A stretch of DNA of 64,000 nt from Erysipelotrichales bacterium (GCA_022508535.1 JAFLUZ010000008.1:10467-74466); one strand, 5' to 3'; counted from the first letter of the stretch, positions 1 to 10,168 are shown. Notes: generated by a model not told the origin, from the sequence alone. Numbers and translations: made by a program.

Positions 1-3000
1 TCTTTGAAATATTAAAAGATGTCAGTGATTGACATTCATAAAATGCAGAATTTCCAATAGTTACAAGGTTATCTAAAGTACTTATCGATGACAAAGAACT
101 GCACCCATAAAATGCAGAATTTCCAATAAATGTAATAGTATTTGGAAGAACAATTGTTTCTAAGTTTTCATTATTGTAAAATACTTGCTCTCCAATTCCA
201 TAAACATAATAATTAATTCCATTATGATTAATAAAATCTGGTATAGTTATATTATTTGATGCATCAGAGATATATTCTGTCAATACAACACTTTCGTCTA
301 CTATTACGTATTTCATATTATCAATAGTTATTAACTTATCTTTTGTTACACCTAAATATACTGGTCTATTATTGTTCCAATACGAATCCCAATCACTTGG
401 TATGCTCTCCATTTCACAATAAATAATTAAGTTTGCGCAACTATAGAAAGCATGACCATCAATATTTTTAATACTCTTTGGAATTATGATTGAAGTTATT
501 AGGTCACAATTATAAAATGCAAAGTCACTAATTTTTTCTAATTTGCTTTCGTCCGCAAAAATTATAGTCTCAATTTTTTTACAATTATAAAAAGCGTGAT
601 CTCCAATGACTTTTAAACAATTTGGTAATTCCAATGAGTCAATTGAAGAACATTTATAAAATGCATGATTATAAATGGTTTCCAATTTGCTTCCATTTTC
701 AAATATAATTGTAGTCAAATTATTACAACCACTAAAAGCATAGGAACCAATACTTGTAACATTTCTTGGGATAGTTATTGATATTAATGAATTGCAACCA
801 TAAAATAAATAATCGCCTATTTTATCTAATTTGCAATCATCTTCGAATAATATATTTTCTAAAGCAACGCAATTATAAAATGCTTCTATACCGATATAGT
901 TTACTCCATATGGAATTTGTATAGAAGTTAATGATTCACATCCATAAAATGCATAATGGCCAATTATTTCTAATTTACTTTCATCTTCAAAAATTACTGT
1001 TTCCAAATATTTGCAATTATAAAATACAGATACTCCAAATTCTACAATAGTATTAGGAATAACAACTTCCCTAACATTAGTTTTCCCACTGAAAACAGTA
1101 TCATCTAAAAATCTAACTTCTTTTCCACCAATATATTTAGGAATATAACACTTGTTCTTCCCTACTTCATTGTATTTATTAATTGTGCAATATTCGTCAT
1201 TTAAAGTATATTCAAAAGCAAATGGCTTCTCTTCTTCTAACCAATGAGCATATACAACTAATTCAGTTGAACCTATTTTAAAATCAAATTCTTTCATTAA
1301 ATCAACATCTATGTACCAGTTATCGAATGTAAATCCTGCCCGTGTAGATTTTATAGATTTATCAACTTCAGAGCCATATTTTAGGTATATTGTTTCAACT
1401 TCTGTTCCACCATTTGAAACAAAAGTAACAGAATTAATTATTCTGTAATAATAATAATCGACTACCGCTGAACCATCTGGAAGTATTTTAACACTTTGAA
1501 TTGATGGCGTAACAAATCCATCAAATACAATAGGTTGTGGTGATACAATATCATCAGTTTTTCCTTTCAAAATTGATTTACTCATCAAAGTAAACTCACC
1601 ATCAAGATTCTCTTGATAATAATTAACTGTAAACGGAGTATTTGTATTAGCTACCCATTTGGCAACTAGTTCACAATCGTTTGGAATTGACCAAGTACTT
1701 TCTCTCACTTTTGTACCATTGTAGAACCAGCCATCAAATGTATATCCTGTTCTTGTGGGAATAGGAAGAGAATATGAACATCCAAAAGAGACAGTCATTG
1801 AATCTATTTTTTCTTCACCGCCATTTTCATTAAAATAAATTGTATATTCATTTTCTTTCCAATGTGCTAAATACTCTTTATTTCCAATAGTGCCACTTTC
1901 AATTTTTAGATTTAAAGTCGGTTCAAAATCAGAATTTTTTTCTGTCCATCCTAAGAATGTATATCCAACTCTTGTAGGATTTGGAATCGATACTCCTTCT
2001 TCTACAATATAATACTCAGGTGCATCTAAAAGAGTTCCACCGTCAAGATTATAAGTAATCGTATATTTAATTGCTTCCCAACTAGCTTTTAAAGTTAAAT
2101 CTGCTGAATATTTGTTCTTAGCATTGTTCACATCATATGATTCTAAAATCCACCCATGGAATGAATATCCTTCTTCATCACAACTAGCTTCGTCTTCGAT
2201 ATATTTCGATTTTTTAATTATGGTTGTTTCATTATCTGGCGTCCCACCATTTCCATCATATGTAACGTTGATTACACCACCAATGTTATATATGTAATCA
2301 ATACCAGTTTCATAGTCGCCAGCTTCAAAAGACTTGTTTGCTTTCACAATAGAAATTTGATTTTTTGCATCACTAAAATCGCCCAAATCTTCTAATATGA
2401 GTTGAGCATTATCATAATCACCTGATGACAAATATCTCATTGCTTTACCATACTTTGCAAGTGGTATAAATAAGGTACAAGTTAGGATAATTAAAACAAT
2501 CAATCCTGCCATAATTGGAGTACCAATTTTTATTCCTCTCTTAACTTTGTCTTTTCTTATGGCATTACGTGTTTTGATGTCATTTATTTGATCATTGAAG
2601 TTTTCGATTAATTGTTTAGAATCGCGATAATCTTTGATTTCATTTAAAATTTTAATAGCATTGGTGTATCCTGAAATTTTATCAATTTGAGCCGATTTTA
2701 TCGCGTTTTGATATATTCTTTCATTGTTTCTTAGGCTATTTGCTAATTCTAATTTATCATATGAATCTTTATAATTTGTAATTGTAGATAAAATTTTGAT
2801 TGCTTCATCAAATTTATAATTTTCAATACTTCTTAACGCTTTTTTGTATTTTGTTTCTTTTTCATTTAAGATCATATCATTGCATAACGCAATTAGATAA
2901 TTAACATCTTTATAATCTTTGATATATGATAGCTCATTAATTGCTTCATCATACATCTTTTTCTCGATGAATTTTTTTGCTATATCATAATTTATATCGC

Positions 3001-4489
3001 AAATACTAAGTTTACATTTTTCAATTAGAGATTCTACATCTTTATAATCTTTAATTGTTTCAAGTATTTTAAGCGCCTTTTTAAACTCTTTATTTTCTAT
3101 TAATGAAGTTGCTTCTAAATAATTTTTTTCTTTAATAGCAATTTCACACTCTTTAATTAACTCCTGAGCATCACTAAAGTTAGGTATTTCATTAAATAGC
3201 AAAATCGCTTGTTCAAAAAGATTATTGTTTTTTGCCACTACTCCTTTTGCATATATCTTTTCAAAGTTATCAATTTCAATGTTTTTTAAAACTTTTTGAT
3301 TATATTCTTCAAGAACAGCTTTATAATCTTCATCAGCAAACTCTAATGCCTTTTTGAAGTTTCCAAATTCCGTTAAAGGAATTTTAACTGTAACTAACTC
3401 ATTTTCATTGGAAAGTCTTAAATCAACGACAAGCGAAAGTATATATGCTCTTGCATTTTCTGGATTTTTATTTAATGCTTCATCGAGAACTCCACTCGCT
3501 TTCTCATAATTTTTATCATTAATTAAAATTTCTGCTCTTCTAAGCAATGATTGAATATTTACATTTTGAACAACTGATTGCGATGAATCACTTCTATCGA
3601 AAATCTTATCAATACCACGAGTTATGTCTTGAATAAAACCAAGTCTATTCATATCCTGTGCTTGAAATGATAATAATTCATCTGGTAGTTCATAGGCATC
3701 CATATTTCTAAAGCATGGAATTAAATACTTGTTTTTGTCTTTATTCATCAAAGACAAAAATCTTGACCATTCATTTTTTACCCATACGGCGTTAAAATAT
3801 TCTGGTTTAGTACCTAAAACAAGCATTACTTTAGAAGAATTCAATGCAGCAAAAATATATGGCTCATATTGAGTACCTAACTTCGATTCAAGAGTAACTT
3901 TTGCAAAGAACACTTTATAATTTCTTCTTGTTAATTCCTCATAAAGTTCTTGGGCAATAACTGAATCTCTTGTTCTTTTACCATATTCATCATTTTCTTT
4001 ATAACAAATAAAAATATCGTATGGTTTTTCGTTTTGCGAAACAGCAAGAATTCCTTTTTGAATTTTATTGATAGTTTCTGCTTCCGCTTGATATAAACGT
4101 TTTGCAACAACATCACTATTTTCAATTGCAGCTTTGTAGTCGATATCATCAAAAATTGATTTTAATTGAGTTCTATGGCATGTTGGTATTTTCTTACCAG
4201 TTTTTGGATCGTCAACATATTCAATTCCATAACGACAAAGTAAAAGTCCCCAATGCGCTTCGGCATCAGTTGGACATTCATTGACAATATTTTCATAAGT
4301 TAGCATAGCCTTATCAAATTCATTTTTCATTCTTAAGCTATTTGCTCTATTATGAAGCGAAGTTATTTTTAAATTATCTATTACTTGCGGTACTGTTTGC
4401 GTGGTTCCACAAAATTCACAAACGCATGTTGTTTGATTGTTTTGTACTTCAATTGTTCCACCGCACATTTTACATTTGAATTGTGCCAT
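1..4489 (-). CDS. Large single-pass membrane protein, 3' end outside window: N-terminal Zn ribbon + TPR + TIR domain + TPR-like repeats + TM helix + InlB-B (Listeria-Bacteroides) repeats + BspA-type LRR_5 repeats
   Basis: Absent from ORF track because it has no stop in the window. AGGAG RBS, ATG at 4489, MAQFKCKMCGG...CVCEFCG; TIR motifs PYDIFICYK...NAVWVKNEWSRF (~3600-4025); KDKVKRGIK followed by hydrophobic IGTPIMAGLIVLIILTCTLFIP (~2460-2530); PTRxGYTFxGW repeats (~1230-2290); IGxxAFYxCxxL LRRs (1-1100) in the same frame as the start. Confidence 0.9.
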   Translation of the reverse strand, partial: MAQFKCKMCGGTIEVQNNQTTCVCEFCGTTQTVPQVIDNLKITSLHNRANSLRMKNEFDKAMLTYENIVNECPTDAEAHWGLLLCRYGIEYVDDPKTGKKIPTCHRTQLKSIFDDIDYKAAIENSDVVAKRLYQAEAETINKIQKGILAVSQNEKPYDIFICYKENDEYGKRTRDSVIAQELYEELTRRNYKVFFAKVTLESKLGTQYEPYIFAALNSSKVMLVLGTKPEYFNAVWVKNEWSRFLSLMNKDKNKYLIPCFRNMDAYELPDELLSFQAQDMNRLGFIQDITRGIDKIFDRSDSSQSVVQNVNIQSLLRRAEILINDKNYEKASGVLDEALNKNPENARAYILSLVVDLRLSNENELVTVKIPLTEFGNFKKALEFADEDYKAVLEEYNQKVLKNIEIDNFEKIYAKGVVAKNNNLFEQAILLFNEIPNFSDAQELIKECEIAIKEKNYLEATSLIENKEFKKALKILETIKDYKDVESLIEKCKLSICDINYDIAKKFIEKKMYDEAINELSYIKDYKDVNYLIALCNDMILNEKETKYKKALRSIENYKFDEAIKILSTITNYKDSYDKLELANSLRNNERIYQNAIKSAQIDKISGYTNAIKILNEIKDYRDSKQLIENFNDQINDIKTRNAIRKDKVKRGIKIGTPIMAGLIVLIILTCTLFIPLAKYGKAMRYLSSGDYDNAQLILEDLGDFSDAKNQISIVKANKSFEAGDYETGIDYIYNIGGVINVTYDGNGGTPDNETTIIKKSKYIEDEASCDEEGYSFHGWILESYDVNNAKNKYSADLTLKASWEAIKYTITYNLDGGTLLDAPEYYIVEEGVSIPNPTRVGYTFLGWTEKNSDFEPTLNLKIESGTIGNKEYLAHWKENEYTIYFNENGGEEKIDSMTVSFGCSYSLPIPTRTGYTFDGWFYNGTKVRESTWSIPNDCELVAKWVANTNTPFTVNYYQENLDGEFTLMSKSILKGKTDDIVSPQPIVFDGFVTPSIQSVKILPDGSAVVDYYYYRIINSVTFVSNGGTEVETIYLKYGSEVDKSIKSTRAGFTFDNWYIDVDLMKEFDFKIGSTELVVYAHWLEEEKPFAFEYTLNDEYCTINKYNEVGKNKCYIPKYIGGKEVRFLDDTVFSGKTNVREVVIPNTIVEFGVSVFYNCKYLETVIFEDESKLEIIGHYAFYGCESLTSIQIPYGVNYIGIEAFYNCVALENILFEDDCKLDKIGDYLFYGCNSLISITIPRNVTSIGSYAFSGCNNLTTIIFENGSKLETIYNHAFYKCSSIDSLELPNCLKVIGDHAFYNCKKIETIIFADESKLEKISDFAFYNCDLITSIIIPKSIKNIDGHAFYSCANLIIYCEMESIPSDWDSYWNNNRPVYLGVTKDKLITIDNMKYVIVDESVVLTEYISDASNNITIPDFINHNGINYYVYGIGEQVFYNNENLETIVLPNTITFIGNSAFYGCSSLSSISTLDNLVTIGNSAFYECQSLTSFNISK

Positions 4490-4526
4490 AATCTACTCCT
4501 TTAAAACTTTAGTTTTAAATTGAACA

Positions 4527-4559
4527 AAAGTATCAAAAGCAAATCTGCTATGATACTTT
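4527..4559 (-). terminator. Hairpin (possible terminator or attenuator) between the 4-TM gene and the TIR gene
   Basis: AAAGTATCA...TGATACTTT inverted repeat with a short T-run on the minus strand. Confidence 0.45.
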
Positions 4560-4570
4560 AAAAATAATAA

Positions 4571-5269
4571 CTATTTTGATGATTTACATCTTGCACTTCT
4601 CTCATTCACTAACAAGAGAAGCTTATCAATTTGTTTTTCAAGTTCGACATAGTCTTTGTTATATAATGCATCTTTTAATAAGATATAGTTTTTATCCATT
4701 TCATCCTCAATTAATATCAAACTTTCATTTGAAACAGGATCACTATAATTTATTGAATCGTATAATTTATTAAATTTTGCTTTTAATGGTTCATAATTAA
4801 ATGTGACTAGCAATGATTTGAACTCTGTTTTCAAGTTATCGATGAAATGAGTATCGTAAATAATTTTATCATCTTGCCTTTCAATTTCTTCTTTTACTGC
4901 TTCTGTAGTAATGCATCCAATTGCTGCAAAACCAAGTAACACTACTGGTAAAATAATTGCTATCCAAAGCGGTACAGCAACAAACGCATTAACGACTGTT
5001 ATAATTATTGAAGTCAACAATGCAACAGACAAATAAATAATTCCTACTCTAAATATAGGTAGACCATATACTTTACTTTTTAAAGTATCTTTTTTACAAA
5101 ATGATACGTAAAATGTGTAGCCTTGTGAGGCAAATGCTACTACTGCGAATACATATGTTAGTGCAAATACAGTTGTATCCTTATGAGGGTATGGAATTAC
5201 AAAATAACAAACAGTATATAAAATAATTAGTATTGCCAAAACAATTGCAAATCTTAATTTGTTCTTCAT
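4571..5269 (-). CDS. Membrane protein: 4 N-terminal TM helices plus C-terminal helical domain (YSDPVS motif)
   Basis: 232-aa ORF with four hydrophobic segments, starting 3 bp after the SPFH gene. Confidence 0.8.
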   Translation of the reverse strand: MKNKLRFAIVLAILIILYTVCYFVIPYPHKDTTVFALTYVFAVVAFASQGYTFYVSFCKKDTLKSKVYGLPIFRVGIIYLSVALLTSIIITVVNAFVAVPLWIAIILPVVLLGFAAIGCITTEAVKEEIERQDDKIIYDTHFIDNLKTEFKSLLVTFNYEPLKAKFNKLYDSINYSDPVSNESLILIEDEMDKNYILLKDALYNKDYVELEKQIDKLLLLVNERSARCKSSK

Positions 5270-5272
5270 ATA

Positions 5273-6925
5273 TTATTCACCTCTTTTTTTACCACAAATC
5301 GGGCAGAATGGAGTCATGATGCCTTTTTGTCCACATGAACAATCCCATGCATCAATTACATTTTCAGGTCTTTTTGTTCCACATTGTGGACAAAATGGAG
5401 TTGTAACTTTATTGTGGCAATTAGGACATTCCCAAGTTTGCTCATTAGTTGTTCCAAGAGTTTTTCCGGCATCCACTGCTGGATTAACTGCACCTTTAAC
5501 AGAATTAACAACTTCTCCCATTACACCTAGTCCTACTCCTAATCCAACCATGCCATTTACTACACCTGTAACATCGCCTGCTGTTCCACCATTTCCTTGA
5601 TGACGCATAGCTTCAGTTGCAACTTGGCGTTGAGTTTCTTGTTGATAAGTGAAACCTTTAAGTTCCATTTCTCTTGCCTCTGCCTCCGCTTGAATTTTAT
5701 ATGCTTCTGCTCTTGCTTGTGCAGCAATTATTTCTTCTTGCGCAGTTGTTTGAGCTTCAACAATCTTTCTTTGTTGGGCTGCTTCGGCTTCAGCCTTTTT
5801 AATTCTTTCTTGTTGCACTAACAAGTATCTTTCAGCGTATTGTTCCTTCATTTTTTTGAAATTAGGATCATCATCTGGTGTCATAATTGAAGTAATATAG
5901 AATTCTGGCATCTCTAAGCCATAATCATCTAAAACAGTATTAATAGAATTTTTGAGTATCAATGAGATTTCTTCAATGTGTTCATCTACTTCAAGAATAT
6001 TTATATCGTGTTCTCTTATTGTCTTAGCTAACATTGATTTAACTTTTGTTATTACAAGAGCTTTAAATTTTCCTGTTGTTTCTTTTAAGGAATAATCGGC
6101 GCCCATTATTTCATTATTGTTAAATCCTTTTGATGATCCTACGAGCTTTAATAATAGTTTACGACCATTATTTACTCTAATATTGAATTGACCAGAAGCA
6201 CCAATTTCAATATGCAAACCTGAAACAGGATCAAACATTCTAACTTTTGAATCAGTACCCCACTTAATACCCATTTGGGTTGCTAAATTAACAAAATATA
6301 TTTCTGAATGAAATACTTCATCATTATTAGAAGGTAATTTATATAGTTCTTTTAGTAGAGGAATGTTACTTGTTGCAAGAGTGTGTCTTCCTGCGCCAAA
6401 TGTATCTAAAGCTCTTCCGTCTTTAAAAAATATTGCTTCTTGGGATTCGTGAACTATAAGTTGAGATCCTAAATTAAAATCTTCAAGCGGATGTTTCCAA
6501 ATTAAAGCATCACTTTCGCCCTCATATTTTATTACAGAAATTAAGCCGTTCTTTTTTATTTCTTCTTTTTTAATTTGTTCTTGAACATCAATCTTTGTGT
6601 TACATAATGGACATGTGTATGAACTAGCGTTTTTATCTGCAGTTAATTCACACGCACATGTCGGACAATGAAATTTTATCATAGCATTCACATCTCCATC
6701 ACTCATCAATTTATTTTTGCACGCAGGACATATTGCATTAGTGCCTAACGATTGATCACATACAACTACATTCTTACAATGCGGACAAGTCATACTTTTC
6801 ATGATATCTTTTTTTACATTAATCAAATGTCCACATTTGCATTTTATTATATTTTTCGAGAAAAAAGAGTCTGAGGCTTGATTTGGAGCCCCACAATTTG
6901 GGCATTCAATTATAAATTTTCCCAT
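5273..6925 (-). CDS. SPFH/band-7 protein (YdjI-like) with multiple N- and C-terminal Zn ribbons
   Basis: WKHPLEDFNLGSQLIVHESQEAIFFKDG..GAGRHTL and EIYFVN..IKWGT SPFH motifs; CxxC pairs at both ends; coiled-coil AEAEA region; GGAG RBS before ATG 6925. Confidence 0.88.
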   Translation of the reverse strand: MGKFIIECPNCGAPNQASDSFFSKNIIKCKCGHLINVKKDIMKSMTCPHCKNVVVCDQSLGTNAICPACKNKLMSDGDVNAMIKFHCPTCACELTADKNASSYTCPLCNTKIDVQEQIKKEEIKKNGLISVIKYEGESDALIWKHPLEDFNLGSQLIVHESQEAIFFKDGRALDTFGAGRHTLATSNIPLLKELYKLPSNNDEVFHSEIYFVNLATQMGIKWGTDSKVRMFDPVSGLHIEIGASGQFNIRVNNGRKLLLKLVGSSKGFNNNEIMGADYSLKETTGKFKALVITKVKSMLAKTIREHDINILEVDEHIEEISLILKNSINTVLDDYGLEMPEFYITSIMTPDDDPNFKKMKEQYAERYLLVQQERIKKAEAEAAQQRKIVEAQTTAQEEIIAAQARAEAYKIQAEAEAREMELKGFTYQQETQRQVATEAMRHQGNGGTAGDVTGVVNGMVGLGVGLGVMGEVVNSVKGAVNPAVDAGKTLGTTNEQTWECPNCHNKVTTPFCPQCGTKRPENVIDAWDCSCGQKGIMTPFCPICGKKRGE

Positions 6926-6926
6926 A

Positions 6927-7127
6927 CTAATTTTCTCCATCAGAGTCTGAAATTACGATATTATTCAATGCGAACTCTAAACACATAATCATAATTTCAT
7001 TTCTTGTTCTTCCAGTTTGTTCAGCAACATTATCCAACACTTTCACCAATTCAATTGGCATTCTAGCTGAAACAACAGATGATTCACCACGATACTTTTT
7101 TGCTTGTATCTCTAATTTTTTTTCCAT
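6927..7127 (-). CDS. Ribbon-helix-helix (CopG/Arc-like) transcriptional regulator
   Basis: VVSARMPIELVKVLDNVAEQTGRTRNEIMIMCLEFAL fits the RHH pattern; GAGGAG RBS. Confidence 0.8.
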   Translation of the reverse strand: MEKKLEIQAKKYRGESSVVSARMPIELVKVLDNVAEQTGRTRNEIMIMCLEFALNNIVISDSDGEN

Positions 7128-7151
7128 AGCAAAACTCCTCCATGCAATTAT

Positions 7152-7180
7152 ATAATATTACATTTGTATACATTTGTCAA
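7152..7180 (-). promoter_or_regulatory. Sigma-A promoter of the RHH-SPFH-TIR cluster, overlapping direct repeats (candidate RHH operator)
   Basis: TTGACA-17bp-TATTAT on the minus strand; TACATTTGT repeated at 7159 and 7169 (10-bp period). Confidence 0.65.
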
Positions 7181-7223
7181 CATCACATGGAAAAATTATA
7201 AGTATATAATTTTTATAACTATT

Positions 7224-7655
7224 TTATACTAAATCAAAATTATTAAATGCTTCTGATCTTATATCAAATACATCATCAATCTTAATAGTTGTGCCATCTT
7301 GCATGATAATCGCCTTATTTGTACTATCAAAACGCTTAACTATTCCTTCGATTGTAATATATTTACCACCAGTTTTTCTCTTGTCTTTTTGAAAATATGT
7401 TAGTGCTATTTGTGGCTTAATTTTGCATTCACTTAAAAGTAATAATTTCTCATTTAAAATCGCCATTTGATTTTCTGAAAGTTCAATTTTATTTTCGGTT
7501 TTTCTTGCTGTCTCGTGAATTACATCTTCATATCCTACCAAAGCTGCAAAAGGCGAAAATTGGGCAGCACGATCATTTATAGACATATGCTTATGAGTTT
7601 TTGACTCATGATGAGGAAGGTCAATAATATCATTATAATTTTTACTATTTATCAT
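7224..7655 (-). CDS. YolD-like protein (Y-family polymerase partner)
   Basis: YNDIIDLPHHES..MSINDRAAQFSPFAALVGY signature; ATGA overlap with the upstream polymerase. Confidence 0.85.
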   Translation of the reverse strand: MINSKNYNDIIDLPHHESKTHKHMSINDRAAQFSPFAALVGYEDVIHETARKTENKIELSENQMAILNEKLLLLSECKIKPQIALTYFQKDKRKTGGKYITIEGIVKRFDSTNKAIIMQDGTTIKIDDVFDIRSEAFNNFDLV

Positions 7656-9157
7656 GCTTTATGTCCTCCAATTTGCTTATTTCGATCAATCGTAGTTGCT
7701 CCTTCTTCTAAATCCATTCCTTTTATAACGGCGTTTTTCCCATATTTTCCTTTGATACTCAAAATAGTTTTTTGAAGTTTTTTCTCTTTATCTAGTTCTT
7801 TCTTTTCTTCTTCTTGTTTTTTCTTTAATGTCTCATAGTCCATAAAGATATCTAGTTGCTCATATTTTTGTTCTTTGATTTGACTCTCTTTTTGAACATT
7901 ACAAGCTACAACATAAATCCTTTTTACTAGTAATTTAGGATTCATTATTTTCTTATATAAATCCATAACCGCTGATGTTATAAGTCTAGTAGATGATGTT
8001 GGTCTTTTTAAATGAATTATTCCATGAGCAGGTTTTGGAATAGTTCTTCCATAATAATCCTTTGTAATTGGATCTTTTATATACTGATTTATCTTTGGAT
8101 TAGTAATGCATTCAATATCATATCCAATTGTTAAAACCATTTGATCAGTTACTAAATCTTTTTCAACTAAATCAAGCACGAGTGAATCTGTCATTTCTTT
8201 GACGACTAACCTTGCTTTTTCATAGGTATAGGCCTCTTGTAAAACTTGACCCGAACTCACACTATTATTTTCTGGTTTATACGCTTTAATGTCTTTAATT
8301 GTACAAGGCTCATAACCCCAAGCATGATCTATTAATAATTCGGCATTTATTCCAAAAAGTTCATATAGTAAATCTTCATTTTTAAGAGATACTCTTGCAA
8401 TATCTCCCATAGTAAACATGCCGTGTGCCTCAAGTTTATTCTTGTATCCTCTTCCAACTCTCCAAAAGTCTGTTAATGGAGTATGTGACCATAAGAGTTT
8501 ACGATATGACATTTCATTGAGTTCTGCAATTCTTACTCCGTCTTTATCTGCTTTTGTATGCTTTGCTCCAATATCCATAGCAACTTTCGCTAAATATAGG
8601 TTTGTTCCAATTCCTGCCGTTGCGGTAATACCAGTTTCTTTTAAAACATCTTGTATTATTTTTTTTGCAAGATCATGTGCAGATAATTTATATAGTTTTA
8701 AATAATTAGTAACATCCATAAATACTTCATCAATGGAATAAACATGGATATCTTCTTTGGCGATGTATTTTAAATATATTTCATATATTCTTGCACTATA
8801 TTTCATGTAATGTGCCATTCTTGGAGTGGCAGCAATAAAATCTAGAGCCAGACTAGAATTATTTTTTAATTCAAAATCACTAAATGATGAACCTTCTAAT
8901 ACTTTATTAGGTGCCTTCATTTTTCTTTCATTATTTATTTTTTTAACAATTTGAATTACTTCGAATAAACGAGGTCTTCCGGAAATCCCATATGCTTTTA
9001 AAGATGGAGAAACTGCAAGACAAATTGTTTTCTCTGTTCTACTTTTATCTGCCACGACTAAATTTGTAGTTAATGGATCTAAACCACGTTCAACACACTC
9101 AACTGAAGCATAAAAACTCTTAAGGTCGATGGCTATATATTGATGTTCTTTTTTCAT
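7652..9157 (-). CDS. Y-family (ImpB/UvrX/UmuC-like) translesion DNA polymerase
   Basis: YIAIDLKSFYASVEC, VYSIDEVF, GIGTNLYLAK motifs; C-terminal QIGGH. Confidence 0.92.
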   Translation of the reverse strand: MKKEHQYIAIDLKSFYASVECVERGLDPLTTNLVVADKSRTEKTICLAVSPSLKAYGISGRPRLFEVIQIVKKINNERKMKAPNKVLEGSSFSDFELKNNSSLALDFIAATPRMAHYMKYSARIYEIYLKYIAKEDIHVYSIDEVFMDVTNYLKLYKLSAHDLAKKIIQDVLKETGITATAGIGTNLYLAKVAMDIGAKHTKADKDGVRIAELNEMSYRKLLWSHTPLTDFWRVGRGYKNKLEAHGMFTMGDIARVSLKNEDLLYELFGINAELLIDHAWGYEPCTIKDIKAYKPENNSVSSGQVLQEAYTYEKARLVVKEMTDSLVLDLVEKDLVTDQMVLTIGYDIECITNPKINQYIKDPITKDYYGRTIPKPAHGIIHLKRPTSSTRLITSAVMDLYKKIMNPKLLVKRIYVVACNVQKESQIKEQKYEQLDIFMDYETLKKKQEEEKKELDKEKKLQKTILSIKGKYGKNAVIKGMDLEEGATTIDRNKQIGGHKA

Positions 9158-9295
9158 AATAGCCACTCCTTTCTTTATATTTATAGTTAGTATGTTGTAA
9201 TTAATTTATCATTAAACTTTTCATATAAAATTTTACCATAGTAACAAATAAAAAACACCTTTGAGATAAGATAAATCAAAAGTGTTTCTATGAAT

Positions 9296-9499
9296 TTATT
9301 TTTCATCTTTTCCATTTAAATATGTGGTTAATATAAGCATTATAAGTCCACCTATAAACATAATAAGCCCAACTATTGGTAAAAGCGGGATTTCAGATGA
9401 ACTTCTTGTATCAGCACTTATATAACTAGTCGCAAGAAATAAACCGCCTAAAACAGTTATAATGCAATATAATACAAATATACGATCTTTTTTGCTCAT
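9296..9499 (-). CDS. Small 2-TM membrane protein
   Basis: 67 aa, two hydrophobic segments, AGGAG RBS. Confidence 0.65.
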   Translation of the reverse strand: MSKKDRIFVLYCIITVLGGLFLATSYISADTRSSSEIPLLPIVGLIMFIGGLIMLILTTYLNGKDEK

Positions 9500-9541
9500 T
9501 CAATTATTCTCCTTTAATTAATAATTTAATTATTTTATTCA

Positions 9542-10168
9542 CTATACAAGTGAAATTGATATTACAATTAAAACTATGTTTGTGATTAACAAAAAAATAG
9601 CTGCAGACTCTAGCAAAAGCGATGATTTTTTATTCTTCATTCTAATTAAATATAAAACAAATAAAAATAAATCAACTACACAAAAAATTAATGTAATTAT
9701 TCCCATGGAACTATGATTATTTAAAGTACCACTTATGATACTATTATATTCATCAACTCTTACGCAATTTGCTAGTTCAAATGATGATAAATATTTATTG
9801 GTAAAATTGCATATTTCACCTAGAGTTGATGTACACGTATAGTTAGTTTTAGAAAATATTGGTAATCCGCATATAATCAAATAAATTGAGTTAATTATAA
9901 TTCCAAATATTGAAATAATTTTAAAGACAAGATTTCTTTTATGTTCGTCTTTCGACACTAATTCTATTTGCGAATCTCCATCACTAAAGTAACTTAATTC
10001 TACATCAAAAAAAGATGCCAATTTTTGTATATTTTCATTAGTTGGCAATGCAACTCCACTTTCATATTTTGCAATAACAGAGCGAGAAACATAAATGCTA
10101 TTAGCAAGTTCTTCTTGGGTAATACCTTTTTTCTTTCTCAGTTCTTTAAGTCTTTCAGAGAATTCCAT
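9542..10168 (-). CDS. XRE-family HTH regulator with C-terminal TM helices
   Basis: LKELRKKKGITQEELANSIYVSRSVIAKYESG HTH; three hydrophobic segments. Confidence 0.85.
   Translation of the reverse strand: MEFSERLKELRKKKGITQEELANSIYVSRSVIAKYESGVALPTNENIQKLASFFDVELSYFSDGDSQIELVSKDEHKRNLVFKIISIFGIIINSIYLIICGLPIFSKTNYTCTSTLGEICNFTNKYLSSFELANCVRVDEYNSIISGTLNNHSSMGIITLIFCVVDLFLFVLYLIRMKNKKSSLLLESAAIFLLITNIVLIVISISLV

Noticed and set aside
41-128. Direct repeat CATAAAATGCAGAATTTCCAATA near 37 and 106
   Set aside because: Coding repeat of adjacent LRR units (IGNSAFY), not a CRISPR or DGR repeat.
2112-5821. Short ORFs 2112..2297, 3931..4152, 4102..4284, 4576..4773, 5259..5600, 5597..5821
   Set aside because: Off-frame or antisense to well-supported long genes; the same applies to the other small overlapping ORFs in the track.
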